Shown: positions 24,381 to 37,628 of the stretch, one piece after another
Layout of the letters: the number at the start of each line of letters is the position of its first letter
Position numbering within the stretch: position 1 is the stretch's first letter
Assembly: GCF_001194135.2 (NCBI RefSeq)
Contig: NC_068986.1
Coordinates: 55,258,480 to 55,315,454, forward strand
Direction of reading: 5' to 3'
Origin: Octopus bimaculoides
Taxonomy: Eukaryota
Length of the DNA stretch: 56,975 bases
Position numbers and translations under genes: made by a program
The notes under the pieces: generated by a model
Told to the model about the DNA's origin: nothing
What the model saw: the letters and a program-made list of their open reading frames with translations, nothing else
Database searches by the model: none

Positions 24381-25770
24381 CCATCATCATCATCATCGTT
24401 TAACGTCTGCTTTCCATGCTAGCATGGGTTGGACAATTTGACTAAGGACTGGGGAACCAGATGGCTACACCAGGCTCCAATCTGATTTGGCAGAGTTTCT
24501 ACAGCTGGATACCATTCCTAACGCCAACCACTCCGAGAGTGATGTGGGTGCTTTTACGTGCCACTGGTGCTCTGGTAACGATCACACTCGGACGGTGCTC
24601 TTAGTGCTCCACTAGTACGGGTGCCATCACGATTTCGCAAGCCGAGTTTGATGTTCAATGAAAGTGACGTTGACGTGGGTGCCGGTCTACAAATTTAGTT
24701 TGATTTCTATTGCCTCAACAGGTCTTCACAAGCGGAGTTTAGTGTCCAATGAAGGAGTGTTACACATAAGTGGGCTGGCAGAGGCCTTGGATTTTGGTCT
24801 CACTTGGCTTGCCGGGTCTTCTCACGCACAGCATATTTCCAAAGGTCTTAGTTACAAGTCATTGCCTTGGTGAGGCCTAATGTTCGGAGTTCATGCTTCA
24901 CCACCTCATCCCAAGTATTCCTGGGCCTGCCTATTCCACGGGTTCCCTCAACCGCTAGGGTGTGGTACTTTTTCACACAGCTATCCTCATCCATTCTCTC
25001 CACATGACCATACCAGCGCAATCGTCTCTCTTGCACTCCACAACTGATGTTTCTTAGGTCCAACTTTTCTCAAGATATTTACACTCTGTCGGGTATGCAC
25101 ACTGGCATTACTCATCCATCGGAGCCTACTGGCTTCTTTCCTTGCAAGCTTACGCATGTCCTCAGTAGTCACGGCCCATGTTTCACTGCCATGTAGCATG
25201 GTTGTTCGTACACATGTGTCATGCAGTCTGCCTTTTACTCTCAGTGATAGGCCCTTTGTCGCCAGCAGAGGTAAGAGGTCTCTGAACTTTGCCCAGGCTA
25301 TTCTTATTCTAGCAGCTACACTTGGTCACCCAGATATTGGAAGCTATCAACTACGTCCAGTTTTTCTCCCTGGAATGAGACTGGTTGTTTTCTGCACATT
25401 TTCAGTGTTTATTGCACCTGAACATCTACCACATACAAAAACTAACTTCCCAGTTAGCCTTCCTTTGATATTGCTGCACCTCTTATGTGTCCATAGCTTG
25501 CATTGGGTACATCTTATAAAGTTTCTACCTACACCTTTTCTACAGATCGAGCAGGGCCATCTACCTGAAGGGGTGTGTGTTTTGTCTACCTTCCTACTTA
25601 TTTGGACTTTGGTTTTAGCTAGGTTGACTCTAAGGCCCTTCGATTCTAGTCCCTGCTGCCACACCTGAAACTTCTCCTCTAGTTCTGATAGTGACTCAGC
25701 AATTAGTGCAAGGGTATCCTGTGTTGAATTTGGTTTGCATAAAGGTTGGTTTAGGGGGTCTTTACTCAAA
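24381..25770 (-). mobile_element. 5'-truncated RTE-clade LINE, antisense in RPLP2 intron 2
   Basis: RT C-terminal part, Cys-rich CSICRK...CTQCKLWTHKRC...CGRC insert, MLHGSETWA and RRLRWYGHVERM motifs; (GAT)n tail at about 24381. Confidence 0.9.
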
Positions 25771-25985
25771 GAGAGATGAAAGTTGTGATGGATGTGCAGG
25801 TTGTGCCCTTTCGCTAAAAGAGCCTACAAAATTTGTTGCAGTGATATAATATGCTAGTGCCTTCAATTCTATTTCTTGACTGTAGTTCCTTAGAAATATT
25901 GTTTCTGAAGTTTCTTGGTCAGTATATTTATTCATAACGACAGTACTTGGATGTGATTGGGTTTTCTTTTTCTATTCTTTCACAG

Positions 25986-26081
25986 GTCAGCTGAAGCTTG
26001 CATCTGTCCCAAGTGGAGGTGGTGCTGCTGTTGCTGCTGCACCTGCTGCCTCTGCTGCAGCACCTGCAGAGAAGGCTGAAG
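25986..26081 (+). CDS. RPLP2: RPLP2 coding exon 2 (Ala-rich hinge; missed by the ORF track)
   Basis: cacag|(G)QLKLASVPSGGGAAVAAAPAASAAAPAEKAE+G|GTGAG; phase matches the neighbouring exons. Confidence 0.97.
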
Positions 26082-26224
26082 GTGAGAGGCCAAATATTTC
26101 CTCTTCATTTATCTTTCCTCTATTTCGCTTTTGCTTTTTATTATTAATATTATTTATATATATACTTCAATTTCATTCTGTATTTTTCTAATATGTATTT
26201 TTTTCCTTTAATTCTCCACTACAG

Positions 26225-26295
26225 AAAAGAAAGAAGAGAAGAAAGAGGAGTCAGAAGAATCAGATGATGACATGGGCTTTGGTCTCTTTGACTAA
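26225..26295 (+). CDS. RPLP2: RPLP2 coding exon 3
   Basis: ctacag|(E)KKEEKKEESEESDDDMGFGLFD*; total CDS 339 nt (112 aa); ATTAAA at 26323-8. Confidence 0.98.
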
Positions 26296-28011
26296 GGATC
26301 ATCTATCATTTTTTTTTTCTCCATTAAAGCTTATCATTGTATAAATTCTTGTTTTACTTTTTTATATATATATATATATATATATGATCATTAATGTTTT
26401 GTTTCTAGTAGTTGTTGGGGTTGGAACGATGATCTGGATGCAGTCTATCTGAAATTTACACGTAATTTCATTTTGTTGAGTTGCTTTTGTGCTGCAAAGT
26501 GTGGATTCATTGGGGACATTGTTAATGCTTAATCAAGAAATATTTTTTCATTTCGCTGCACATTAATCGTTGGAATAATTGAGAATATAAAGCTTATTTT
26601 TGCTGTTCTTCATACTTGGATAAATCAACTTCTGTTTGCAGGTCCTGTTTGTGTACGTAAAATTTTGAATTTATTTGGAAAAATAAATGGTTAGTTCAAT
26701 CGCTGCCTGGTGATATAGTAACATACTATAATATATAAATTATTAGTTGGTAGAATACACAGTATAGCTCTGAAGCAGTGTGGTGTGACATATGGATCTT
26801 ATATTTGCACCTTGTGATCCTTGGATTATTCAGTGTTGGTAAATTAATGGAATAATTAGTAGGTTGAACTTGAAATGTTAAGTCATGGGTTTGTATCTGC
26901 CAGAGATTATTCATCCATTTTGGGATTGGCCTTATTAGCTCATACAAATTATCTTATATCCAGCTGAGTTTACTCCATCCCTGAACAAATACTTGCAGTG
27001 CCATGTGTGGAGCTATATCTCATTAATATCTGGAATTCAATTCTTATTCGTGTTAATTTCTCCCATAATTGCAGATTTTGCTCTCTCCAAATAGAATTTG
27101 TTTTTGACCAGAAGTGCACTCCTGTCATATATGCATTTTATACTGGCACTAGTCAGGTAGCTTTTGTGGTTTTAGTGGTTGTTTACTCCTGTGCAGATTC
27201 ACATATGCTTGTGTGTTTTATCTTGGCATAGGTTTTACTGCTGCATGTCCTTTCAAATGCCAGCAACTTACTGTTAGTACTTTAGTGTGTTGTGGCATCA
27301 GCACTAGTGAAGTCCACTGCAATACTAATGAGTTTTCTGCTTTGTAACTCACTTGCCTCAATATATTTTGACATTGAATTATGGACTAGTGACTATTGTT
27401 AATGATGGTTAAGCAAAATGTTGAGCCTTACCAAACTATGAGGCAGTATATGTAATAGTTCTTACATCAGATTTTGTAGTTGTACTTTTAATTTGTATTA
27501 ATATTTAAAACATTATTACTCTTGCTGTTATCCACAGGCATTTATAAATTTTAAAAAAAGTACTTCTGATTGCTTCAAACTTGTGGCCACTAGCCCTGAT
27601 AATACATTGCACTACCTTCAAATAGTTTGCCTATGTGCTCACATTTTAAAAGTAATGAAGACAAGTGTATACAACAGTACTACCTGAAACCTTGAATCTC
27701 TTCAGCAATCTAGTACAGTTTCCATCAAACCAGATCCATTATGGAATTATTCTTATGTCATCCATCACTGGACTCTAACCTCAGAAATTCAGTGGAAGTA
27801 TTTAATCATCTATAATATACAAGCCTATAAAAACTGTTTACCTTGACTCCATTTTATTTCTTGGATTAATAGCTTCCGATCAGATTGTAATAAACAATCA
27901 CATCATTGAAAGCTCAAAGCTGTGAAATAATGAATGATTAGTTCAAAAACAATTTGATTAAAAAAGCATGTTTTTCCTGTCTGAAAGAAATTGCTGCTGC
28001 TTCCTCTAGAG

Positions 28012-28146
28012 CAGTGCTCCGCAAACTTACATTCTTTTCAAAATTCGGTGGCACACCTGAACTAAAGGTATGGGGAAGGAATAATATTCAGGTTACACTG
28101 CAGCTTACCTAGCATCGTCTCATAGCATACTGGTTGTGGAGCACTG
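28012..28146. mobile_element. hAT MITE
   Basis: CAGTGCTCC...GGAGCACTG TIRs with 8-bp TSD ctctagag/ctctagat. Confidence 0.8.
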
Positions 28147-28349
28147 CTCTAGATCTGACAGGTAACAAAATTTAGCTTCTTCTGGCAGCTTTCAATACCT
28201 TGGCCGTTTTGTTTCAGGAAAATACATCATTACTTTGGTTTGATTCAAAACTCTTAAGCTGCTATTTGTAATAAGCTGAGTGATTGTCTATAGTCTCCAA
28301 GATTGTGCAGTACATTTATCAGAAGATAAGTCGTCCCTCAACTTTAAAA

Positions 28350-29130
28350 GCTCAGTGAACCTATATGGCAATAATTCCAAGCTCTAGCAATTCCATCAGT
28401 GGTGGAAGAGCTGAAAGACATTAAGGTAAGGAGAGTGGGGGGAAAGGTAATGCATTCCAACAAGACCATGGAGGGTTTCAGAAAGTTGAAGCATGCATGA
28501 GAGCCTAGGACTTGGCAGCTCCACCAAGAGGGCTTATAGTGGAGAAAGTCCAAGGTAAAAGCAATCAGGCTTAATTTGCCAGATACAATAGGATCAGACA
28601 TTTGAGCAAATACCTTCCTGGTGGGAAACCACAAGTACTCATTTGGAAAACTCACTCCTGTGCACAGTGGTTGACTTGCCACAGAACCATTCTGCCATAT
28701 TTTTACTGAAGGCCAATGCAGGAAGAGGTACAGTAAGGTCCTTGCAGAAACTGCCAGGTGGGTGGACCTACCAAGAATTAATACCAGTAGGTATTGGATT
28801 TCTAAGGAAAGAAGGTCCCTAAAGCAAAAGCAGCTGTCTATTTTGCCTCGAGCTTCTGACTGGGAAAATACAAGTAGATCTGAAAGGAAGACTTATGGTT
28901 AATATTTCCCAAACCACCTTTGATTAAGAACACTGAAGTGGTCATATGCCCAAGGCACTGGGTTAGGTCAGGCTTGGCATTTCTCACCAACTGAGAAATG
29001 CTAAATACCAGGACTTGGTTGATGAGGCTTTTGTGAAAAGATTATATGCAGGTTTATTCCCTCTACAAGTCAGCTGCACTCATGCTTTGGCCTCAGCAAT
29101 GTCCTAAAAGCACCACCTGATAGGATGTTA
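28350..29130 (+). mobile_element. Decayed RLE-type (HERO/NeSL-like) non-LTR retrotransposon 3' part
   Basis: Fragments RYSKVLAETARWVD, ASDWE and AKYQDLVDE..FPLQVSC resemble the restriction-like endonuclease region. Confidence 0.6.
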
Positions 29131-30193
29131 AATTATTTTTTAGTCAAGTTTTGTGATATGGCCTATGAAAATTAAGATGTATCCAGAAATAGATGGTTTA
29201 TCTGGTATGCTTTCAAGAAATTTATCCAGGTTTCGTTTGAAGGTGATGGGAACCTTCTTTGAATTTGTCTTGGGATAATGTTAAATGGCGCAAAGCCTGT
29301 TGAAAAGAAACTTTATTACAGTGAATTTATGTGTTGAGAGCCTGAATTGTGTCTGGCATGTGGCCCCAGCCTTTGATGAATTCTGAATTTAATTCTAAGG
29401 TCGTTTAGGTATTGTGCAAATGATGTAGCGTTGGAGAAAAAAATTCAATGCTTTAAGACGATCTCAATAATCAAGATCAGTCATGCCCTTAATTTTTCTT
29501 AGAATTTAAAATTTATTTTTACACTGGAAGTGTTCAAGAACGGTCTAAGTTTTACTAAAAGCACAACCACCTTTGTAACGAAACCAATTAGTAAATTTAT
29601 CTTTATTTTCCTAGATACATAACCTGGTGATTAGAGCATGGAAATATTATTTTACATAGAATCAAAAAAGGAGAAAAAATTAATGTAACTGCGAAGTATG
29701 AACCCAGAAACAATAAGAAACCGTGAAAGTAAACGAAGATAACAAAACAGATATTACAACTGAGCAATTAAGAGTCCGTGAAGTTCTGAAAAAGAATTTT
29801 AAGGAAACTCTTCGGAGGGCACGAACATGAAAAATTTTTCAGTTTGTGTTATCGAAGCAGAAAAAAATTGTACCAAATTACTTTCTTTGAAGAATGTTAA
29901 TTACAAAATCTATTACGATTTGTGCATTTCTGTTAATAGAAATAATAAAGTTGCCTATATTTTCTTTTTATTCCGCTAACGTTTTAAATATATTTGGATA
30001 CACGGTTACATTAATATATATGTATGTATATATAGACACATCTGTAGACAATATTTTACATAAATCGACTTACATTTTTTACCCAAGATAAAAAAAAAAT
30101 TATGATTATAAGAATATATTTAACGAAATCTCGTTTTCATATAATAGTGCCACGGCATATATATATATATATATATATATTTATAAACGTGTG

Positions 30194-30287
30194 TATATAT
30201 TGAGCGAACCACGTGCCTGTTTACTTTATCTCCATCCATAAAACCAGTTTGTGGCACCTTAGATTTTTCTTGTCCTGTAAAGTAAGT
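30194..30287 (+). promoter_or_regulatory. Putative TATA + TCT/TOP-like start and first exon (about 30224-30281)
   Basis: TATATAT 30194-30200, CACGTG at 30210, ctttatctccatcc from 30224, taaa|GTAAGT donor at 30282. Confidence 0.5.
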
Positions 30288-33014
30288 TAGTTTTAATTTT
30301 CAAAAATCTATAAATACACTCTCACGGATATATTCCACACGTTTGTTACATTAATTTCGTGTTTTGATTTAAATCTATTCCGTATGCAGATATCGTTACG
30401 TACGGTTATGAGTGAATAGATATTTACATTTACGCTAACTTGCGGATATAAACTTTTAATTTCCAGTTATGAATATAATATGATTTAAGGATCTGTTACC
30501 AAAACTTTAAGTACCAAAAATATAACCGCAAAATGCATTTATTTTCTTTCAGTGAAGCGCCGTTTTGAGAGGCTGTTAAAATAGATATGATTTTTCGGAG
30601 TTAATTATATTAAAACTGCGGGAGTAAAAGACTTCGACTGATACAGTGGGTTTGAATCATGAGATGTCACGTTCAAAATAGTGGAATTCGATGAAAGCAC
30701 TTGCTTTCATCGTTAATGCAAACAAGCACTACATAAAAAATATATTAGTTGTCTATCTCCACGTAACCCCACTTGAACTCATTTCACTGAGTGTGACTAT
30801 CCTATTTCTTTTGTTGTAATTTAGAGTATTTACTCTATCATTTTCTTATTTGAGACTGTAGGGAAGAGGACAGTTGACTGCTATTTCTAACAAGCAAAGA
30901 CTCTTACTGGTTCGGAAAACTTCGTTCTGTTATAGTAGGGTTATAGTTCTAGTTTAAGTGTTAATAAAACAAATACATATTAAATATATAATAAACTGTT
31001 TAAATTAAACCACCAGTCCTTTGATTGGCAGAATCGTTAGAACGTCAGCGAAAATATCTTCGGTATTTAGTCAAGTTCTTTTTTTTACGTTCTGAGTTCA
31101 AATCCTGCCGCGCTCATCATTGCTTTTCACTCAAAGATCTATTAAATAGGTAGTAAGATCAATTTAATATTCTTATAAATCATCCTCAAGGAGGAATGAG
31201 ATTATAATATATTATTTTGAAGCTTGTAAATATCGTACATAAACAAAGTACAGCTGTCTGAGGGGTGTTTACAGAGAAACTATTATAAAAAAAGAAATAT
31301 GAACGGAAATGAAGCATCCGATTAGATCAGTCTTGGACAGCCTGCGGGCGGCCCGCGGGACTTACTGAATGGCACACCCAACGAAAAATTACCTTGAATG
31401 TTTTAGCAGCGTGAACCACGTCTTATGTAGCTTGCTTCTCGAAAACGGTTGTTCGTGCCAGAATTAGAGGGACAGCCACTGAGATGAATCGGACTCCACA
31501 AATCTTGGATTATTATTTCTCCGAATGCTTTAGTAGTATTATAGAGTAGGTTGTGTATACTTCATCTACTGTCAGAGCACCACGGTTAGGCTTCACTGTA
31601 CCATGTTGGCACAGACTAGCAGTCGATTGAATCGGCTCCAGTACTTGATTGGTAATTCTATTTTTATTAACCCCAGAAGAAAGGGTGGGGGAAAGAAAAA
31701 TATATGCCTATGTAAATAAAGAAGGAAAGAATAAGAGTGCTAGGAAAATAAAGGAAATAAAAAGGATTACATCCAGAATTGTGATTGGTCTTTTAAATAA
31801 ATGAATAAATATATATTAATATTTCTACAATACAATATTATAGATCCATTTTTGCTAATGGTTTCGCCCATGAGTGTTAGGGGAAAACCCAATCACGGTG
31901 CTCGTCAGAAAAGCTGGTAGGAAAAAATTGGCTTTTTAAACAATTTCCTCTGTCGAGTTCTACACAAGGATGTTAATTTAAACACATGCACACACACATA
32001 GCTACATGCTCACCACACAGATATTGATAAAGGACACATTGCACGAACAGATACATATACACACAACACAAACATTGGTGCATAGACATCACACAGATAT
32101 GTACATACAAGCAAACCACATGGACATAAAGATAAATACATACAACAAGATACATGCACACATCTCAATAGATAAAGGTATGGATATATAAACTTAGATT
32201 AGAAAGAAATCTTTTTTTTTTAATTTTAATATTAGTGCTTTACATTTTCTACATATGTGTGACAGTAAGATTTATGAAATAAATTGAAGTAATAATGTTT
32301 GCTTTTATTAGCATATAAAATGTAAGCTGTTGACTGGAGAACACTCTAAACCTGTACAGAGAGTGGACTTTTAGCAATAATGTATTGCCAGAATGTTTAC
32401 AATCTGTTCACTGCACTTCTAAAATTTTCGCAACTTGTTAAGCTACCCAAATTCTAACTACAGGAGCTATACAAAAAAAAAAAAAATATTTCCAATATCA
32501 GCAATAAATAAATATTGCTCAAGGCTAATACAAAAAGCCTCAGGATATGAATTCAAACTGCATCCAGTAATGGGACCCTGGCTCAGGAGTTTCGGTGTTT
32601 TGAGGAATGTAGAACCACCTTAACCACTATTGTTCCTAGGTCTACCCTGACCCAGAGTAGTACTACTTGCCAGGGTTCCAACTTTGGGTTGAATAAATAA
32701 CACGTAACCACCCAAGCCAGAGTACAGTGAAGTCATGGAATGCAGCATAATGGTATGAACTATTTCAACAGCAAACCACCAGTGCCCATCTGCAGCAGAA
32801 CCTTCCAAGCATGCACCAGCCTGATCAGCCACAGATGCACCATGACCCATCTTCTCCTGCATGATGTCCTTGGTCATCATCAACAGTAAATATTACTATA
32901 TTTGATATACCAGCAGTAACCGGACTCTGGTGGAACTGCACTGTATTGTAGAGAAGAGAAGGACAGTTACAGAGCAAGAAGGTGGAATGATAGGGATTTA
33001 TATAAACAAAGCGA

Positions 33015-33371
33015 AATCATGATGGCACCTGTGCCCAGCGTCGCCTTTCTGGCACTTGTGCCCATGGCATGTGTAAGGACTTTCGAGCGAGATCATTGCC
33101 TGTGCCCCTGGACTGGCTGTTGTGCAGGTGGCACATAAAATACACCATTTTGAGCGTGGCCGTTGCCAGTACCGCCTGACTGGCCTTCGTGCGGGTGGCA
33201 AGTAAAAGCACACACTACACTCTCTGAGTGGTTGGCATTAGGAAGGGCATCCAGCTGTAGAAACTCTGCCAAATCAGATTGGAGCCTGGTGTAGCCATCT
33301 GGTTTCACCAATCCTCAGTCAAATCGTCCAACCCATGCTAGCATGGAAAGCGGACGTTAAACGATGATGAT
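33015..33371 (+). mobile_element. RTE LINE/SINE 3' end
   Basis: ccactacactctctgagtggttggcattagg...gcggacgttaaacgatgatga. Further copies at about 35850-36437 and 39128-39318. Confidence 0.85.
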
Positions 33372-34225
33372 AATTCCATATATACATATGAACACCCATG
33401 TGCATTTCCTCACTCTCATCACAGCTAATGAGTTGTACCAATCTTCAAAATATGATATTGTTTTCAAATTTTGATACAAGGCCAGTAATTTCAGTGTAGT
33501 GGGTGAGTCAATTACATCAACCCCCATACTTAAATGGTACTTATTTTATCGACCACAAAAGGATGAAAGACAAAGTCAACTTTGGTGGAATTTGAACTCA
33601 GAATGTAAAGACAAACGAAATTATACTAATCATTTTTTCCAGCTTGCCACCGCTTTCTAGATATAAGTTTGGGGGAGGGGTTAAGTCAATTACATTGTGC
33701 CAATGTACTTATTTTATCAACTCTGAAAGGATGAAAGGCAAAGTCAACCTTGGAAGAATTTTAACCCAGAACATAAAGACAGATGAAATACCACTAAGCA
33801 TTTTGCTTAGCATGCTAACTATTCTACCAGCTCACACAGCCTTTCTTCTGATTGTAATATTAAAAAAGTAAATTTTAAGCAGCAAACTAGTGATTAGTTT
33901 TCTCTTCAAAACCTTATATAGTTAGTTGAATTACTGGCTGAATAAGTGCAGGTAAGCAGAGTCAATTGATTATGTGGCATGATTAACATTATAACTTCCC
34001 CAATGGATCTCTGTTCAGCATCTAATAAAATGTCAACAACTTATCAAAATAAAACATTTATCAACCAGATCCAGTTCATTACTGCTTATAAGCAAAACAA
34101 CATTTAAGCATTAAACTGTAATTGATATTCAACTATTAATTAGTAATTAAAGCATATATTACTTTGAAATAATAAATTTATTGCAACATAAACGATATCC
34201 ATTAATCTGTTTCAGGTTTTTCAGA

Positions 34226-35275
34226 ATGAATCTTGAAACCAGGCGGGACATTTTGCGTTGTTATTATGCATCAAGGAATTCTCCTGTTGCTGCCCTTCGT
34301 TTATACAAAAAAGAAAAGGGATTAAAGCATGACCCTTGTGATCCAACGACTGTTACTAAACTTGTTAAACGTTTTGAAGAAACTTACACTCTCATGGATA
34401 AGCCAAAATCTGGTCGCAAATCATTGGCGGATGAACGGAGAAGCTTGATTGAAGATGCAAAAACATATCTGCAAACAACATCCATACGTGCTATTGCTGC
34501 AGCTACTGGAATTCCAAAATCATCAGTTTACCGTTTACTGAGAAATGATCCCGAGTTGTATCCTTATAAAATGTCACTGGTAGAAGAGCTCAATGAGTGG
34601 GACAAACCCAAACGCCTTGTCTTTGCCAATTGGCTTCAGGAAAATGTCCATTTGATCTCACGCATTCTTTGGAGTGATGAAGCCCACTTTTATCTTGATG
34701 GGAGAATTATTCGCCATAACTGCAGAATCTGGAGTCGACACAAAACAGAAAATGATTTAGAACTGTCTTTGAATGGTCCCAGACTAACTCTGTGGATGGG
34801 ATTCACATCTGAATTTGCGCTGGAACCATTCATCTTTGACGAAAATGAACACATCAATGCTGATAATTATCTGGCTATGTTGCAACAGCATGTGCGACCT
34901 CAACTTGTTAGAAAAGGTAAACTTTCTCAGACAATTTTCATGCAAGATGATGCACCAGCACATTTTGCACCAGCCGTAAAAGATTTTCTCATTAACACTT
35001 TCACTGCGGAACGCGTGATTTCTCCTGGCTGTTCTAATGAATGGCCACCACGATCCCCTGACATAATACCAGTAGACTATTGGTTTTGGGGGTGTCTAAG
35101 ATCTAAAATTTTTCATAATAACTGTCCAACAACTCTGTTTGAAATGAAATGCAAAATCATAGAAGCATGTAATAATTTCACTATAGAAGACTTTTCAGCT
35201 GCTGTTGCTAATCTACCAAAGCGTGTTGAGCACTTAATACAAGCTGCAGGTGGGCATATTGATCATATTGTATAG
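34226..35275 (+). CDS. Intact Tc1/mariner DD41D(Visitor)-family transposase, 349 aa, DD42D spacing
   Basis: Uninterrupted ORF; HTH N-terminus; WSDEAHF, QDDAPAH, WPPRSPDIIPVDYWFWG; 42 residues counted between D2 and D3; no TIR found by eye. Confidence 0.9.
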   Translation: MNLETRRDILRCYYASRNSPVAALRLYKKEKGLKHDPCDPTTVTKLVKRFEETYTLMDKPKSGRKSLADERRSLIEDAKTYLQTTSIRAIAAATGIPKSSVYRLLRNDPELYPYKMSLVEELNEWDKPKRLVFANWLQENVHLISRILWSDEAHFYLDGRIIRHNCRIWSRHKTENDLELSLNGPRLTLWMGFTSEFALEPFIFDENEHINADNYLAMLQQHVRPQLVRKGKLSQTIFMQDDAPAHFAPAVKDFLINTFTAERVISPGCSNEWPPRSPDIIPVDYWFWGCLRSKIFHNNCPTTLFEMKCKIIEACNNFTIEDFSAAVANLPKRVEHLIQAAGGHIDHIV

Positions 35276-35332
35276 CTGGACATATCAATCAATGTGTTTA
35301 TATTTCTCTAATGTACATATATATATACTTTA

Positions 35333-35488
35333 TTATTAAAGCTGCAAAAATATCACAAAATATTGCTACTCAGAGTTTTATGATTCTGTTCATCAAGCAG
35401 TTGTGATCCATTCTTGATCATAACTGCTTGATGAACAGGAAAGTGAAACTCTGAGTAGCAGTTTTTTGTGATGTTGCAGCTTTAATAA
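35333..35488. repeat. 156-bp palindrome
   Basis: ttattaaagctgca...tgcagctttaataa; 23-bp inner stem around the loop at 35409-15. Confidence 0.85.
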
Positions 35489-36929
35489 CAGAGCATATTA
35501 CTCTACCTCCAGTATTCGAGTACTATTTTTTTCCACCTTGTTTCNNNNNNNNNNNNNNNNNNNNNNNNNNNNNNNNNNNNNNNNNNNNNNNNNNNNNNNN
35601 TATATATATATATATATATGTGTGTGTGTATATACACACACATACATACATGCAATCATTTACTGTAAATGTTTTTCATCTTTGCAAACATAACTGATTC
35701 GTGAAACACATAAATAAAATCAACATTTAAAATGTACAATGTATTAATTACACAAATTTTAAAACCTTACCTCTTTTAATTTACTATCATTGAACTAGCA
35801 TAAATGTAAACACATAACTGGAAAAGGACTAAATAATATATATCAACATTTGAAGATCATGCTTCAGCACCCAGGAAAGACATGGGACAAGATGTTGAAG
35901 CATGATCTTCAAATGTTGGGTTATACGAAAGCAATGACAAGTGACCAAGACCTTTGGTGATATGCCATGCTTGAGAAGACCCGTCAAACCGAATGAGATT
36001 GTAGTCATAGTTGATACCAGTGTCACGTAACTGGCATATAAAAAGCACCCTTCAAACGTTGTGTGATATGCTGTGCTTGAGAGTCGTGGCTAATGTCAGT
36101 AACATCTGACTGGCACCCATGCCAGTGGCATGTAAAAAGCAACGTTCAAGAGTTGGGCCTCACAGAGGCAGTGACAGGTGACTGAGACCTTTGGCAATAT
36201 ACTGTGCTTGTGTAGACCTGTGAAGCCAAGTGAGATCATAGTTGTGGCCAATGCCAGTGGCACGTAAAAAGCACCCACTACACTCTTGAAGTGGTTGGCA
36301 TTAGGAAGAGCATCCAGCTGTAGAAATTTTGCCAAATCAGATTGGAACCTGGTGAAGCTCCCCAGCTTACCAGTTTTCAGTCAAACTGTCCAATCCATAC
36401 CAACATGGAAAGCAGACGTTAAATGATGATGATGATGAGTATTTTAATTTTCAAAACAAATTTGTTTAATTATACTGAATAATAACTTGGAAACCCAAAA
36501 GTAAAATTTCTAAAATGTTTAAGCTTCAAAAGTCTTTAGAATATTAATGTATAATATGAGAAGTAAATACCCAGTAAAGCAAACCTTGTCAATATTTAAT
36601 ATACCTGGTGCAAAAGTTTCAACTGAATTTTAAATTGGTAGTCTTTTTTCATTTAACATTATCTAACATGAGACAGACCCTCCAGAAAATCAAATAACAT
36701 CCCATTCACTATATCATCACCACTATCATCATGGGTCAGAATTTGTTACGGCTAATATTCTACAGTTGGATACTCTTCTTGTTACTAACCTCCACTTGTT
36801 CTGGACAAGGTATATACCTAACTATGAGTATCTTACATCAATGAAAGAATAAGTCCTATATCCTTAGACATAGTCACTTTAACCAGTGTTGTAGAAGTAC
36901 TATGATGACACACTAACATACAGATACAA

Positions 36930-37056
36930 CAGGGTGTCCACAAGGTCTGGATACATGGAGTAAGTAAAATCATAACATTAACAATTAAATATAAGAAATA
37001 ATAATTTCTTAAAGTATGTGTTAATCCCTGTGTACCCAGACTTTGTGGACACCCTG
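36930..37056. mobile_element. 127-bp MITE with CAGGGTG-type TIRs
   Basis: 25-bp TIRs with 2 mismatches. Confidence 0.8.
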
Positions 37057-37469
37057 GAGAATGGAAAAGATTAAGTATTCATTAGTAATAACAAATGACT
37101 GTTCTAACACTACTGGAAAGAGAATATATAGTACAGTACACCATGATTCTATGAAAATAAAAACTATTCTTCCTTTATCAAGGCACATTTCACAAGTTCC
37201 AGTTGCTACTCAACAAAAACAATCTGTATGTTAGAGCTAAATGCTAATAATATCTAATATTATCATGATTCACTATGCAAAATTATTGCAAACTAACTTC
37301 AAACCTCAAGATCTAGTTTGCAATTGCTAAAGAATGGTGTGAAATGTAACATCTGTCATCACAGAAAACATCTGAACTTGTTGCATTGGACTCAGAACAT
37401 CCTTCCAAAAATTTCTTGTATCATTCTAATAGACTAATTATAAAAAAAGGAAAGCATGGCACTCTTTAA

Positions 37470-37628
37470 TCTTTTAGCATTTAGATTACTCATTAAGATT
37501 TCAATAATGTGATTATTTATTTTTAAAATGAGATCTTAGATTAGGTGTGAAAGGTCAGCTCTTGCTAGTTTGAACATAAAATGGGTGGAATATTTGGGCC
37601 AGATATGGCCAGTTTAAATGCTAAAGGG
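37470..37628. mobile_element. TTAA-flanked piggyBac-like MITE
   Basis: ttaa|tcttttagcattta ... taaatgctaaaggg|ttaa. Confidence 0.65.

Noticed and set aside
36930-37056. MITE as the missing TIRs of the 34226 transposase
   Set aside because: Both TIRs lie downstream of the ORF and close on each other.
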